Below are positions 28,524 to 39,587 of a DNA stretch of 64,000 bases, one piece after another. Under the pieces are notes generated by a model. The model did not search any database. It worked only from the letters and a program-made list of their open reading frames with translations, and was not told the DNA's origin. Both the position numbers and the translations under genes were made by a program. Positions within the stretch are counted from its first letter, which is position 1. Every line of letters begins with the position of its first letter. Origin of the DNA: an uncultured candidate division Zixibacteria bacterium (GTDB taxonomy: Bacteria > Zixibacteria > MSB-5A5 > UBA10806 > 4484-95); the NCBI GenBank assembly GCA_963668625.2, contig CAXXKA010000001.1, forward strand, positions 480,001 to 544,000, written 5' to 3'.

Positions 28524-30014
28524 CTAAATGCTGGAGCTAAGTAATAAATTATCCGGAGCCTGATAGTCATCCGCTATGAAACCGCGAAAGTCACCGCTCT
28601 GGGAATTTTCGCCCGCTCGATCCCGGTATTCACATGCAGCTTTCACGAAATTTACCGCCCAGCCTTTTTCGCCGAGAGCGTGAATATGCATGTAACAGGC
28701 CAGAGTGTTATTAAAAAGCAAGCCGTCACGTTTGTTACCCAACCCGGTACCTTTGCTTAAGCTCAAGCAATTTCGTAATTGCCGGAATCCTGCTTCATCC
28801 TGAATCTCGGCTACTCCGGAGTAGTGAAACTCGTGCCCTTTGATCTGCCCGTTTTCGGCAAAATAAGGGTTTTTGTGGTCGACTGTCGCCGAGGTATAGC
28901 CGTGACCGACGGGCTTTTTATGCATAGTCAAATCAATAGGGAAGACGCCGGCCATGGAGAAGAGCTTACCCTCCCAGCATAACGAGCGCGAAAGATATAT
29001 CAAGCCTCCGCATTCGGCATATATCGGCATTCCCGAAACCGCCGCTTTGCGGACATCGTTCATCATCGCTTTATTGTTTACCAGCTTTTCGGCTTGAGTC
29101 TCAGGGAAACCACCGCCGATATATAGGGCGTCGATTTCCGGTAATTTATTATCATCTATAGAGGAGATACCGATTAACTCGGCGCCCTCTTTTTCGAGAT
29201 ATTCTAAGTTCTCAGGATAGTAGAAAGTGAAAACAGAATCGTTGAAATATCCAATCCTGACTTTCTTCTCATTATTTTCTAAATGTTCATTAACTCTTTC
29301 GAATTCGAGTTCACTTGCATTATTGGCCAATTCAATAATTTTATCGATATTAATATAATTAACCGCGATTTCATCGAGCTTATCGGTGAAACCGGCGTTT
29401 TTATCATATTCGGCGGGGGTAACCAATCCCAGGTGACGGCCGGGAATGATTTCCGAGGCCTCGCCTAATTTTGGTATAGCGCCCAGCACGGGGATGCCGC
29501 AATATTTTTCGATAGTCTGAGTCACGATACTCTGGTGCCGGTTTCCGCCGACCCGGTTTAAAATCACCCCGGCTATTCGTACATCATGGTCAAAATCGAT
29601 AACTCCTTTGACCAGCGCGCCGATTGTCCGGGTAGTCTTGGTAACATCCACAACCAGCACGACAGGGGCCTGCAATAATTTAGCAAGCCCTGCAGTGCTG
29701 TGTGTTCCTAAAACGTCTTTGCCGTCATAGATACCGCGGTTGCCCTCGATGAGGGAGATATCAGAGTTAGCCGCATTAGCGCAAAATGAGGTGTATACCT
29801 CGTTTTCAGGGGCCAGGTAAGTATCGAGATTGCGGCACGATGTGTTAGTGATAAAGCCAAGCCAGGCCGCATCGATATAATCGGGTCCCTTTTTAAACGC
29901 CGATACAGCCAAGCCTCGCCTAACTAAAGCGTTGGCGAGGCTTAAACTGACAATCGTTTTTCCAGAATCACCGGAAAGTCCGGCGATTAAAATCCGCGAT
30001 AGACTAGTCGCCAT
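28524..30014 (-). CDS. dsrN: DsrN siroheme amidase (cobyrinate a,c-diamide synthase homolog)
   Basis: GDSGKT, FKKGPDYID, IEGNRG, GGGFPE, YAECGG, GHEFHYS; follows dsrD. Confidence 0.92.
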   Translation of the reverse strand: MATSLSRILIAGLSGDSGKTIVSLSLANALVRRGLAVSAFKKGPDYIDAAWLGFITNTSCRNLDTYLAPENEVYTSFCANAANSDISLIEGNRGIYDGKDVLGTHSTAGLAKLLQAPVVLVVDVTKTTRTIGALVKGVIDFDHDVRIAGVILNRVGGNRHQSIVTQTIEKYCGIPVLGAIPKLGEASEIIPGRHLGLVTPAEYDKNAGFTDKLDEIAVNYINIDKIIELANNASELEFERVNEHLENNEKKVRIGYFNDSVFTFYYPENLEYLEKEGAELIGISSIDDNKLPEIDALYIGGGFPETQAEKLVNNKAMMNDVRKAAVSGMPIYAECGGLIYLSRSLCWEGKLFSMAGVFPIDLTMHKKPVGHGYTSATVDHKNPYFAENGQIKGHEFHYSGVAEIQDEAGFRQLRNCLSLSKGTGLGNKRDGLLFNNTLACYMHIHALGEKGWAVNFVKAACEYRDRAGENSQSGDFRGFIADDYQAPDNLLLSSSI

Positions 30015-30037
30015 AGCTAAGAATACTCAACGCCAAC

Positions 30038-30283
30038 TTAATCGTTAGCGGCACCTTCTGTATGTGGCAACTCGATGAAACTTCCACCGAAATAAGTGTA
30101 AACACATCTGCCGGAGTTGATCAAAACTTTGATGGCTTCTTTGCACATCTTTTTGTCAACTTCGCCCTCAAACATCTGCATGATGGTTTTAGTGAGGTCC
30201 ATCGGTTTTAGTTTCTTCTGTCCTTGAGCGTCGCTAACCATTTTGAACATAGCATCAGCGATTTCATCAACTGTTTTAGCCAT
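30038..30283 (-). CDS. dsrD: DsrD
   Basis: 81-aa winged-helix-like protein directly after dsrB; K.AIK.LI.SG..VY...G.S motif. Confidence 0.8.
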   Translation of the reverse strand: MAKTVDEIADAMFKMVSDAQGQKKLKPMDLTKTIMQMFEGEVDKKMCKEAIKVLINSGRCVYTYFGGSFIELPHTEGAAND

Positions 30284-30294
30284 AAGGCACATCC

Positions 30295-31377
30295 TTAAAA
30301 GGTTAAGTGAGTAGACCTCTTAAATGTTAAACCGGCATGTTTGAAATCATCAATATGTTCCTTCTGGAACTCGATGCCGGAAAGTTTAAAGAATTTAGGC
30401 CAACCGATTCTCTCGATCCATTCGCCCATTCTTTCATATTTCTTGGCGTGTGTAGCCCAGAGCTCGACTAAGTTTCTGACAGCCGTGGTAACCTCTGGCC
30501 AGCGCGGAGGATTGTTCGGGATGAACGGAATAGCCAGCTTCGAGAACATCGGCTCGTGACGAGCATTGGAGACCTTGCCACCAACCCAGATCGAAACGCC
30601 GTCGTTCAACGGATCGTTCAAGGTCATCGCGGGGCAAACCGTGAAACAGTTAGCGCAGAACATGCATTGCTCTTCGAGAACCTCAACCGACGGATTACCA
30701 TCCACGGTGGCGGGACGAATAGCGGCGGTAGGGCAGGAGGCGCTAACGTTCGGGATTTCGCAGACCTTCTTCAAGTTGGCATGGTCAATTTTGGGCGGGC
30801 GACGGTGAATACCCAGAATAGCGATATCCGAGCAGTGTACCGCACCGCACATGTTCAAACAGCAAGCCAGGGCAATACGAAGTTTGCCGGGGAGCTTGGT
30901 TTCCGTGAAATATTCGATTAAGTCATCCATGACGCATTTAACGAGGCCGGAGGCATCGGTTGCGGCCGAGTGACAGTGCACCCAACCCTGCGTGTGGACG
31001 ATAGCCGAAATGGCGTTGCCGATACCGCCGACCGGGTGACCCATATCATCCAGGTCTTTAATCAGCGGGTCGATATTCGCGCTTTCGGTAAGCAAGAATT
31101 CTACATTGTGACGGCTGGTGAAACGGATATGTCCGCCGCAGTATTTGTCGGCCAGATCACAATACATACGAATTTTATCGATACTTAAGAGCCTGCCGGA
31201 GGCGGATCTTACTGTGAAAAGTTTGGCCCCGCTTTCGGACACATGAACCATTACGCCCGGTTTCATCAATTCATGGTATTTCCATTTACCATAGTTTTCT
31301 TTGATAATGGGCGGTAAGAATTGCTCATAATGTGGGGGACCAAAATCAGTCCGTCTTTCTTGAGCTGCTTCTGCCAT
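30295..31377 (-). CDS. dsrB: Dissimilatory sulfite reductase beta subunit
   Basis: [40 protein letters not shown]. Confidence 0.98.
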   Translation of the reverse strand: MAEAAQERRTDFGPPHYEQFLPPIIKENYGKWKYHELMKPGVMVHVSESGAKLFTVRSASGRLLSIDKIRMYCDLADKYCGGHIRFTSRHNVEFLLTESANIDPLIKDLDDMGHPVGGIGNAISAIVHTQGWVHCHSAATDASGLVKCVMDDLIEYFTETKLPGKLRIALACCLNMCGAVHCSDIAILGIHRRPPKIDHANLKKVCEIPNVSASCPTAAIRPATVDGNPSVEVLEEQCMFCANCFTVCPAMTLNDPLNDGVSIWVGGKVSNARHEPMFSKLAIPFIPNNPPRWPEVTTAVRNLVELWATHAKKYERMGEWIERIGWPKFFKLSGIEFQKEHIDDFKHAGLTFKRSTHLTF

Positions 31378-31423
31378 AATCTTTCCTCTATCTTTAATTA
31401 GTTATTACCTAGTTAATGGTTAA

Positions 31424-32635
31424 TTAACCTTCAGCTTCTTCCTCGTCGTCGTCGCCTTCTTCATAGTACTCTTCATAGAATACATAAGGATTTTCACGAG
31501 GATTGGCTACCATCTCGGCACAGGGCTCGAGTTCGATAGCATCGAGGAAATTACCCATGCCTACGCGCTGAATAAACTCACCGACTCTTTCACGGTTTTT
31601 GCCTTCCTCACACCAGACATCCCAGATTCTCTCGGTAAGGTCTTTAATCTCCTGATACGGGGGCTCCATCTTTATGAACGGTATGATAACCGAGGATAAG
31701 AGAGCGCCTTCGATAATCGGGGCTTTCGCGCCGAGAAGGATGGTGGCGCCGCGGTCTTTACCGGGACGAAGAGCTTTCGGCATAACGTTTATGCAGTGCA
31801 TGCAGTGACGGCAATATTCGTTTTCGATATTGAGCTCTTTGCCATCCCAGGCCATACATTTACCGGGGCAGCGAAGGACAACGTCATTAACCATATCCAT
31901 GCCCTTGTCGGCATACTCTTTTACGGCATCCTGATCGACCTGGATGTCGTCACGCCAGGTACCGATGATGGACATGTCGGAACGAGCGATAGAGGCTACG
32001 CAATCGTTCGGGCAACCTGAGAATTTGAATTTGAACTTGTAGGGGAATGCAGGACGGTGAAGCTCATCCTGGAAAGTCATGGTAAAATCATGACAGGCGG
32101 CCATCGTGTCGTAGCAAGCCCATTCACATCGCGACATACCACAGCAGCAACTGGGGGTTCTTACGTCAGAACCGGAACCACCTATGTCGAAGTCAATTTT
32201 CATCAGTTCATCGAATACGGGCTCCAACTCTTCGGTTCTCGTACCCAGAAGAATGATGTCACCGGTCGAACCGTGCATGTTGGTTAAACCTGAGCCATGT
32301 CTCTCCCAGATATCGCAGATTTTGCGAAGAGCATCAGTGGTGTAGTACCAGCCGGCGGGCTGATTGATACGCATCGTATGGAAATGCGAGACGCCGGGGT
32401 ATTTATCGGGAAGGTCCGAATAACGGCCGATAACACCGCCGCCGTAACCCATAACACCGACAATACCACCATGTTTCCAGTGACCAATCTTCTCGTTGTA
32501 GGACTGTTCCAATTGTCCCAGAAGATCGGCAGACATCGGGCTGCGTTTGGCTGCCATCTTTATCTCTTTGACAAAGCTTGGCCAACCGCCCTTTTCCAAT
32601 TCATCAAGTTTTGGAGTTTTTGGGAGTTCTGCCAT
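31424..32635 (-). CDS. dsrA: Dissimilatory sulfite reductase alpha subunit
   Basis: [55 protein letters not shown]. Confidence 0.98.
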   Translation of the reverse strand: MAELPKTPKLDELEKGGWPSFVKEIKMAAKRSPMSADLLGQLEQSYNEKIGHWKHGGIVGVMGYGGGVIGRYSDLPDKYPGVSHFHTMRINQPAGWYYTTDALRKICDIWERHGSGLTNMHGSTGDIILLGTRTEELEPVFDELMKIDFDIGGSGSDVRTPSCCCGMSRCEWACYDTMAACHDFTMTFQDELHRPAFPYKFKFKFSGCPNDCVASIARSDMSIIGTWRDDIQVDQDAVKEYADKGMDMVNDVVLRCPGKCMAWDGKELNIENEYCRHCMHCINVMPKALRPGKDRGATILLGAKAPIIEGALLSSVIIPFIKMEPPYQEIKDLTERIWDVWCEEGKNRERVGEFIQRVGMGNFLDAIELEPCAEMVANPRENPYVFYEEYYEEGDDDEEEAEG

Positions 32636-32780
32636 TGTATCTCCTTAAATTGTTGGGTGTTTTATGTGAATTAGTTTCTTCCAACACACCGAAGTGATAC
32701 TATATCCTTTTCGATTGCCCTTTTCAGGTGGGCGATTTACCAGATTTCTGCAACGTAAAAATTATAATATGCATCGTTAC

Positions 32781-32832
32781 TTATTAACAAAATTTGCCGG
32801 TTGAGTCAAGAAAAATGTGAAAAAATTCATTA
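32781..32832 (-). promoter_or_regulatory. Putative dsrA sigma70 promoter with adjacent Rex-like box
   Basis: Minus TTGACT (32804-32809), 17 nt, TAATAA; ATGTGAA-AAAA-TTCATTA at 32815-32832 (11/14 to TTGTGAA-N4-TTCACAA). Confidence 0.45.
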
Positions 32833-33702
32833 ACTTTGATTGTCAGAAATGTTCAAGTCGAAACACCTGTTATCTTTTGTAACTTTCACAACCTTAAAAT
32901 ACAATTAATGTTAGAGGAAGCTAATTGATTTAGAGGAATGACTTCCATGACTTTCAAAATCAACCGTGTTGACCTAAAATACATTGAATCTTTAAATGTA
33001 TAACATAGTCTACGTATGACCGAAATTGTTCTCAGATTTAATCCCGGCTGACTTTCTTGCAGAGCGCAACATGTGGTCAGGATCATCATTGTCCTTGTTC
33101 TGAAGTTTCGATTTTTGAAACTGTTTTATTTCACTGAGCAGGAAGGAATCCTCAGGCGGTGCCATAAGTAGACAGATTGCCGTACTCCTTTCAGTTGCTC
33201 GCAATGATAGCCATAATAAGTGGTTGAGAGCTAACAAATAAGCGATCCCCTCTGATTCCGCCCAATTCTATATTTGGGTAATATATAATCTTTTAGCGCA
33301 ACCTGTCCTTTCCTGCCTGCTTTATTCATCCAGTGTTTTTTCAGGAAAGGATGAACAAAGGACTCCCCGCGACTTGGGCAAACAAGCTCCTTGTCAGTAC
33401 GGCTCCCAGGACGGGATGACAAACATGATGGTTATTATCTATCGGATATATAAATCGGCGATGGCCTTATCTTGCGCGGTGGCGGGCGTCATTGTCTGCT
33501 GCGTTTACCAATTCAAATTTACTGCTAAGCGGCACACGGGGACGTTAGGCGCCCACAAAAAAATCGGGTAAATGTTGAAAAGTCAATAAGACGGGTTGCA
33601 ACGACATCAAAGACACTTAATCAACCCGAACCGGAAGATTCATGTACAAATGCTTCGATTTGGACCAACATATCTGATAAACCGGCGGCTTTTGTCATCA
33701 AT

Positions 33703-33732
33703 AAAACAGGGGCGTCCAAACGAGCGCCCCTG
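33703..33732 (-). terminator. Terminator after qmoB
   Basis: Minus CAGGGGCGC...ACGCCCCTG followed by TTTT. Confidence 0.7.
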
Positions 33733-33758
33733 CTGAATTATTATGCTTAAGGCTAAGC

Positions 33759-35993
33759 TTACATGTCTTTGTACGGGTTGGGGCCAACCTGTTCGATGAC
33801 CTCAAGGAAATCGTCGAATATCTGAGGAATTTTTTCGTAGTCGGAGATCGCTAATTCATGAATCTCAACACGCTCTTCCTCGAGCACCAACTGTTTTAGT
33901 TTCTCCTTGACATTATCCATCCTGTAACCGGCTAACTCACTGCCTTTAATGAAATGGCACTGGTAATCATCACCCTTACGGCAGCCAATCAGGATCACGC
34001 CGTCAAAACCACTGGCAAGCGCGTCGCCGATCCAGATAGTGTTTAGTGAACCCAGGCAGCGAAGCGGGATCATCCTGATCATGGAGTTGTATTTCATGCG
34101 AAGCCTGGCGGCCATATCCACAGCCGGTAGGGCGTCGTTTTCGCAGATGAAGCACAGGATACGCGGTTTCTCCTCGAACTCATCGGGGATGAAGATCGAT
34201 TTGATCATCTGGGAGACCATATTAACACTGTAGTTCTTGAACGAGATGATTCGCTCCGGACAGGCGCCCATACACACGCCGCATCTACGGCAGCGATTGA
34301 GATTGGGGAGAGGTGTTCCTTTTTCGTCCTCATCGAGCGTACCGAACGGGCATTCCTCGGTACAGCGTTTGCACTGGGTACAGCGTTGAAGGAAGAAGTC
34401 GGGATAGCTCAAATCGCCTGCTCTCGGATGAACGGCTTTACCAACGCCGATAGCCTCGACCGCCTGGATGGCTTTTAAAGCCGCGCCGTGGGCATCATTG
34501 ATACTCTGGGCGAAATCCATAGGCGCACGCACGCCACCGGCGGCATAGATACCGGTTCTGCGAGTCTCGTAGGGGAAACAGATGAAATGCGAATCGGGAT
34601 AACCGTATTTCAATGTCGGCAGGTCTGTTCCCTGACGGTAATTCAAGTTGAGAATTTTCGCGCCGTGCTCGGCTCCGGCAGCCTCTTTCTTGCCGTCGGA
34701 GGTGGTAGTCTCTTCTTTAGGAGCAGCTTCTTCACCCTCGACCGGTGCGGGTTCCTCGTCAACGCGGGTAGTCGGCACCATACCTGCGGCCAATACCAGC
34801 ATATCCGCTGAAACCTCGATATCCTCACCCAACAGTGTATCGGTTACGTTAATCGTGATATTACCGTTGGTCTTTGCAACACTGGCAATCTCGCCTTTGG
34901 TGAAGAAGATATTTTCTTCTTCTTGAACGTTGGCATAGAATTTCTCGAACTGTGAGGGCGAGCGCAGGTCTTTATATATGATATAGATATTCGCGTTGGG
35001 GTATTTCTCCCTGACATACAACGCCTGCTTGAGCGATACACGGCAGCAAACGGCCGAACAGTAGGGGAGATGATCCTGGTCGCGGGAACCGGCGCATTGG
35101 ATAAACGCGATATTCTCGACCGGCTTGCCATCGGAGGGGCGCTTGAGATTATCGGATTTTACCAGTTCCTCCATTTCGATATTCGTGATAATATCGGGGG
35201 AAGAGCCGTAACCGAGATGACCGAGTTTGTGCGGATCGTAGGGTTTCCAGCCGGTGGCCTGAACGATCGAACCGATCTTTACCTCGGTGGTGGAACTTTC
35301 ACCTTTGAGGATGACGGTAAATTCGCCCGGCTGACCGGAGGTTTTTTCGACCTCGGTGGATTTGTGAATCGTGATATTTTCATTACTCTCGACAGCCTTT
35401 ATGAGCTCCTCGACTCCGGAATCCTCGGGCTTATCGTAGGGCGGGTTTTTCGGGAATACTTTGCTGAATTTATTGGCCCAGCCGCCGAGCTTGTCTGATT
35501 TCTCGACAAGGACAACTTTGTAGCCGGCATCGGCAGATGCTATTGCGCTGGTCATACCGGTCATACCGCCGCCGATAACGAGAATATCCTTACTGGTCTC
35601 GATATCGAGCGCAACCGGCGGTTCGGTGGCTTTAAGCTTGGCGATACTCATCTTGATATAGTCTTCGCCCAGCATTTGGGTGTCTTCATCGTTAGGGTCA
35701 TGGCTCCAGGCGGCGTATTCGCGAAGAGGAGTGCGGTCGGTTAAAGTCTCACCGCCGAACTCGAACATCTCGGGGAAAACCCTGGGGGAACACGCGCATA
35801 CCGCTATTCGGTTGATGCCTTCACCCTCGATATCTTTCTTTATCTCATCAACACCGGCCTTGCTACAGAGAACATCGATATCCTTGATAATCGCCGCGCC
35901 TTTTTCTTTAGCCGCTTCTTTCAGTTTCTCAATATCGAGAGAACTTCCAATGTCGCATCCCTTGCAGATATAACATCCGACTTTAGCTTCCAT
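33759..35993 (-). CDS. qmoB: QmoB (HdrA-like, with ferredoxin and MvhD/FlpD domains)
   Basis: VIGGGMTG, QCAGSRD...YCSAVCC, YRQG..LP...YG..DSHFICFPYETRRTGIY, CTQCKRCTEECPFG, C-terminal CENDA...RCLGS...GC..GDDYQCHF. Confidence 0.95.
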   Translation of the reverse strand: MEAKVGCYICKGCDIGSSLDIEKLKEAAKEKGAAIIKDIDVLCSKAGVDEIKKDIEGEGINRIAVCACSPRVFPEMFEFGGETLTDRTPLREYAAWSHDPNDEDTQMLGEDYIKMSIAKLKATEPPVALDIETSKDILVIGGGMTGMTSAIASADAGYKVVLVEKSDKLGGWANKFSKVFPKNPPYDKPEDSGVEELIKAVESNENITIHKSTEVEKTSGQPGEFTVILKGESSTTEVKIGSIVQATGWKPYDPHKLGHLGYGSSPDIITNIEMEELVKSDNLKRPSDGKPVENIAFIQCAGSRDQDHLPYCSAVCCRVSLKQALYVREKYPNANIYIIYKDLRSPSQFEKFYANVQEEENIFFTKGEIASVAKTNGNITINVTDTLLGEDIEVSADMLVLAAGMVPTTRVDEEPAPVEGEEAAPKEETTTSDGKKEAAGAEHGAKILNLNYRQGTDLPTLKYGYPDSHFICFPYETRRTGIYAAGGVRAPMDFAQSINDAHGAALKAIQAVEAIGVGKAVHPRAGDLSYPDFFLQRCTQCKRCTEECPFGTLDEDEKGTPLPNLNRCRRCGVCMGACPERIISFKNYSVNMVSQMIKSIFIPDEFEEKPRILCFICENDALPAVDMAARLRMKYNSMIRMIPLRCLGSLNTIWIGDALASGFDGVILIGCRKGDDYQCHFIKGSELAGYRMDNVKEKLKQLVLEEERVEIHELAISDYEKIPQIFDDFLEVIEQVGPNPYKDM

Positions 35994-35996
35994 TGC

Positions 35997-37271
35997 TTAC
36001 CTCCTTCTCCCGATGTTAATAGCTTTTAGTGCAGCGCCTGTGGCATCCTGTAACGAGGTGGCAACATCCACGGGGCGATTGGCTACGCCGGCGCCGACGA
36101 TACCGTTTTTGCCATTAGGGGCTATAAAGCCGAACTCATCCAGAGCGGTATCCAACGGGGGATGATCATCCGCGGTATTGGGAACCATACCGGTCGCCAG
36201 CACTGCCAGATCGACCTCGGTCTTGGTAATCTCGCCGGTTAGAGTGTTCTCGGCTTCCATTATAACGTTACCATTACCGGTTTCGGTTATCTTGGCAACT
36301 TTGCCGCGATGGAAGTGGAATTTCTCGTCCTCCTGCACCTTGGTATAGAAATCTTCCATCCTTCCGGGTGAGCGGACATCGATATAGAACATGTGAATCT
36401 CGGCCTCGGGATATTGCTCGCGAATGTAGGTGGCCTGCTTCATCGAGGCCAAACAGCAGATTGCCGAGCAATAGGGGAGATGGTTATGATCACGCGAACC
36501 CGCGCATTGCACGAATCCCACGGTTTGAACTTCCTTGTTATCGGAGGGGCGTACTATCTTCCCTTTGGTGGGGCCGTTTTCCGAGGCCAGGCGTTCCATG
36601 ATAACGTTGGTTATAACGTTCTTGCACTTGCCGTAGCCAAGATTTTCCAGCTTGTTGGCATCATAAGGTTTCCAGCCGGTAGCCCAGATTATTGCTCCGA
36701 CTTTCAGCGTGATCGTCCGTGGCTGCATGTCCAACTCGACAGCATCGTAAGGACAGGCCTCGGCACATTTTTTCATGCGCTCGTCACCGGCAAACTCCGG
36801 GTCGACAACGTAGCGAGGCGGGTAAGCCATCATGTGCGGTTGATATATAGCTTTGGTTTTATCCAGGCCATAGTTCATTTCATTGTCACGTTCGATCTCG
36901 CAAACTTTTTCGCATTCTCCGCAGAGCGTGCATTTGTCATTGACGAAACGAGGCTTTAGCGTTACTGTCACCTCAAAATCACCAGCTGATCCGCTTACTT
37001 TTTCCACCTCAGCCAATGTCAGCACCCTAACATTCGAGTTACTGCGCATGCGCTTCAGGTTGATTTCGATTCCGCAGGTCGGCGGGCAAAGTTTGGGGAA
37101 GTATTGATTCATCGAGACTACTCGTCCGCCTATGGATGGGGTTCTCTCGAGCAATACGACATTCTTGCCTACCTCGGCAGTTTCGATAGCGGCGGTAATA
37201 CCGGCGATGCCGCCGCCGACTACCAGGGTGTCGGCCTGAATTTGATTTTCAACCGGCTCGAATTCTGCCAT
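35997..37271 (-). CDS. qmoA: QmoA (HdrA-like flavoprotein)
   Basis: VVGGGIAG, YFPKLCPPTCG.EIN, QCAGSRD..HLPYCSAICC; directly upstream of qmoB. Confidence 0.94.
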   Translation of the reverse strand: MAEFEPVENQIQADTLVVGGGIAGITAAIETAEVGKNVVLLERTPSIGGRVVSMNQYFPKLCPPTCGIEINLKRMRSNSNVRVLTLAEVEKVSGSAGDFEVTVTLKPRFVNDKCTLCGECEKVCEIERDNEMNYGLDKTKAIYQPHMMAYPPRYVVDPEFAGDERMKKCAEACPYDAVELDMQPRTITLKVGAIIWATGWKPYDANKLENLGYGKCKNVITNVIMERLASENGPTKGKIVRPSDNKEVQTVGFVQCAGSRDHNHLPYCSAICCLASMKQATYIREQYPEAEIHMFYIDVRSPGRMEDFYTKVQEDEKFHFHRGKVAKITETGNGNVIMEAENTLTGEITKTEVDLAVLATGMVPNTADDHPPLDTALDEFGFIAPNGKNGIVGAGVANRPVDVATSLQDATGAALKAINIGRRR

Positions 37272-37341
37272 TCTACTCTCCTTAAAACTTGGAAATAAGT
37301 TTAAGATATTAATTTATTCTTTTTCCAGCCGTTTCGATTGC

Positions 37342-37359
37342 TTGTGAAAAACATAACAA
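37342..37359. promoter_or_regulatory. Rex-like operator upstream of qmoA
   Basis: TTGTGAA-AAAC-ATAACAA, 12/14 to TTGTGAA-N4-TTCACAA. Confidence 0.6.
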
Positions 37360-37606
37360 TCGAGAATGCACTAACAGGCTTATATACAATACTTTTTCGC
37401 CTGTTTCAATGCATAGTATGGTAGATAATACTTAGAAAATACTTTGTCAAGAAAATATAATTACACGGTCAAGTTCAAGCAGTTTATTAAGATATCCTAA
37501 CTGAAATTATGTTCAATCTCGTTTTTGATTGTATCTTTTATCACAAATAAAACTGCGAACTAAGTATTAATGAGGTTAATTGGATTTATTAATATATGAT
37601 ATATTT

Positions 37607-37845
37607 CATTACTGTCCCGTCTGTGCTATCTCATTACTTCGCAACGCGGCTTGCCTGCCGGCATATTGCACATGTTACATGACTCAAGAAGGTCTTCAGG
37701 CCGCGCTCGGAAACCAGGGGAAAGACAGATTAAAGCTGGGTAGCTCGTGAATCGGAATATCAGTGTATTGGAGCAGAGTTTTAAATTCATCTGAATGGAA
37801 AGAACGACATCCTGAGGCGCACTTTAACCAGGCCGGGTACTATTG
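37607..37845 (+). mobile_element. Degenerate MITE relative
   Basis: Starts CATTACTGTCC; 37607-37719 aligns to the hairpin half of the MITE; possible eroded right end CCGGGTACTATTG; no TSD. Confidence 0.6.
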
Positions 37846-38010
37846 AAATAGGATAATTTCTACATTTTCGTATTTGTTTTTTCTTGATAAAAATGTATTA
37901 ATTTATTAGTATTTTACATCAATATTAATTTGCAATTCAAATAAGACTTATTTCAAAATCGGATATTAATAGTTTAAACCTTGTTGATCGCATTAGGGGA
38001 AGGAGCATTT

Positions 38011-38577
38011 ATGCGGAAAATCGTTATAGTATTTTTGATTTTAGCATTCTTCACGCCGGCTTTATATGCCCTCGATGGTTTCTCGATAGGACCATACTAC
38101 GGCTATTGTTTTCCGGTAATTAACGATTGGGCGGAACCGGGGTCGGCTTACGGGATAAACGCCAAAACATCCCTTATGCCTTTTCTGGGAGTCGGCCTGT
38201 ATTTCAATTCGCGTGCTTATGATGATGTCGAACTCGTTTATTTTGATGGCGAACCATTCGGCTGGACGGAGTATATCGATGGTGGGGATGTTACCTCCTA
38301 CGGTATTAATCTCTACCTGGGAAAAACCGGCGGAATGGGACTGAACTATTACGCGATCGGCGGTATCGGCTCGCACAAATGGAAACGCGATTATAAGGAA
38401 GAGGATTCCAAAGTCGCGTATTCGCTGGGTTTAGGATTGGAATATGTATTGCCGATGAACCTGGGTATCGAGGCACGCGGCATATTCGAGGCAGCCTCGG
38501 CCGGCAACAAGAGCATGTGGAGATCGGCTATCGCCTCGGTTGGTGTAAACTATCATTTCAAACTCGGGCCAATGTAA
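38011..38577 (+). CDS. Outer-membrane beta-barrel (OmpA-like transmembrane domain)
   Basis: Signal peptide after AAGGAG; YYAIGGIG, LGLGLEY, ASVGVNYHF strands. Confidence 0.75.
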   Translation: MRKIVIVFLILAFFTPALYALDGFSIGPYYGYCFPVINDWAEPGSAYGINAKTSLMPFLGVGLYFNSRAYDDVELVYFDGEPFGWTEYIDGGDVTSYGINLYLGKTGGMGLNYYAIGGIGSHKWKRDYKEEDSKVAYSLGLGLEYVLPMNLGIEARGIFEAASAGNKSMWRSAIASVGVNYHFKLGPM

Positions 38578-38589
38578 AAGGAGGGTAAA

Positions 38590-39111
38590 ATGAAAAAGAT
38601 ATCGATTTATGGGATGATTACTCTCCTGGCCATAATACTTTCGGGATGCCCTGATTTTCTCGGAACACCGCTTTTGATCGAATATGAGGTTGATGAGATA
38701 GTGTCTTCCGATGAAAACCTCGGAAGTGCTTATATCAATTTGGAAGATGACGATGATTTTGCCGAGCATCAGGATGAGATAGTTGCCGTGGATCACGTGT
38801 TCATCGGCGCGGTTATAGTAAATAACTCCGGCCATGCTGTTTCCGGTGAATTGTATTATTCAGTTGAAACTATGTATTCAGCTGATGAGGTGAGAAATGG
38901 GGCTGATTTGTTATACACTTCGCCGGATATCCCTGATCAGGATACATTGAGAGTATCATTTCAACCGGATATTTCAACCGGATTTGACCACGAATTGATG
39001 GCAGGCCAATTCCGTGTGTATGGCATCGGCAATCAGGATGATTTCGATGTTGAGGTTGAGGCTGAAATAAAGATACTGTTTTACTACAATCCCAATGAAA
39101 GCGAAGAATAG
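38590..39111 (+). CDS. Acidic lipoprotein of unknown function
   Basis: Lipobox LSGC; GGAGG RBS. Confidence 0.7.
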   Translation: MKKISIYGMITLLAIILSGCPDFLGTPLLIEYEVDEIVSSDENLGSAYINLEDDDDFAEHQDEIVAVDHVFIGAVIVNNSGHAVSGELYYSVETMYSADEVRNGADLLYTSPDIPDQDTLRVSFQPDISTGFDHELMAGQFRVYGIGNQDDFDVEVEAEIKILFYYNPNESEE

Positions 39112-39142
39112 CATATTCGAGTCGTCAGAATAGAATCAATAA

Positions 39143-39397
39143 CACTAGTGTCCGGTGTTTTTCGCTAATTTTTATATTTCTCTTTGGAAGTGTTAGTGAA
39201 AAATATTTTCCGATATAATTATTATATTCAGCGTATCATGCATCCTGACATGTCCTGCTGATGTTAGGCTTAGTTTCCTGGTTTCCAAGCGCTGCTTGGA
39301 AACCTTCTTGAGTCATGTAGAATGCGCATTCTGCCGGTAAACAAGCCACGTTGAGAAGCAGCGCTTCGCAACGAGATGGAAAGGCCGGACAGTAGTG
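39143..39397 (-). mobile_element. 255-bp MITE copy 2 (subfamily B)
   Basis: Ends CACTAGTGTCCGG...CCGGACAGTAGTG; TSD AATCAATAA at 39134-39142 and 39398-39406. Confidence 0.95.
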
Positions 39398-39587
39398 AAT
39401 CAATAATGTTTCTTGATACATTGAAAGCCTCCGGTAAACCGTTTTTTCGAGTCGTCGGGAATCCCTTCCTGACGACTTTATTTTACCATGATCAGTCAAT
39501 AAACCGTTTGAATGTTTCGATTAGATGATATATAATATCGCCTTAACTTAGCTACGCAATTGTTATGATTGTATTGGAGCATGAGGT

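Noticed and set aside
39236-39499. Short ORFs crossing MITE copies (also 41582-41764 and 62215-62694)
   Set aside because: Frames are not conserved between copies (indels and stops); no transposase or toxin motif
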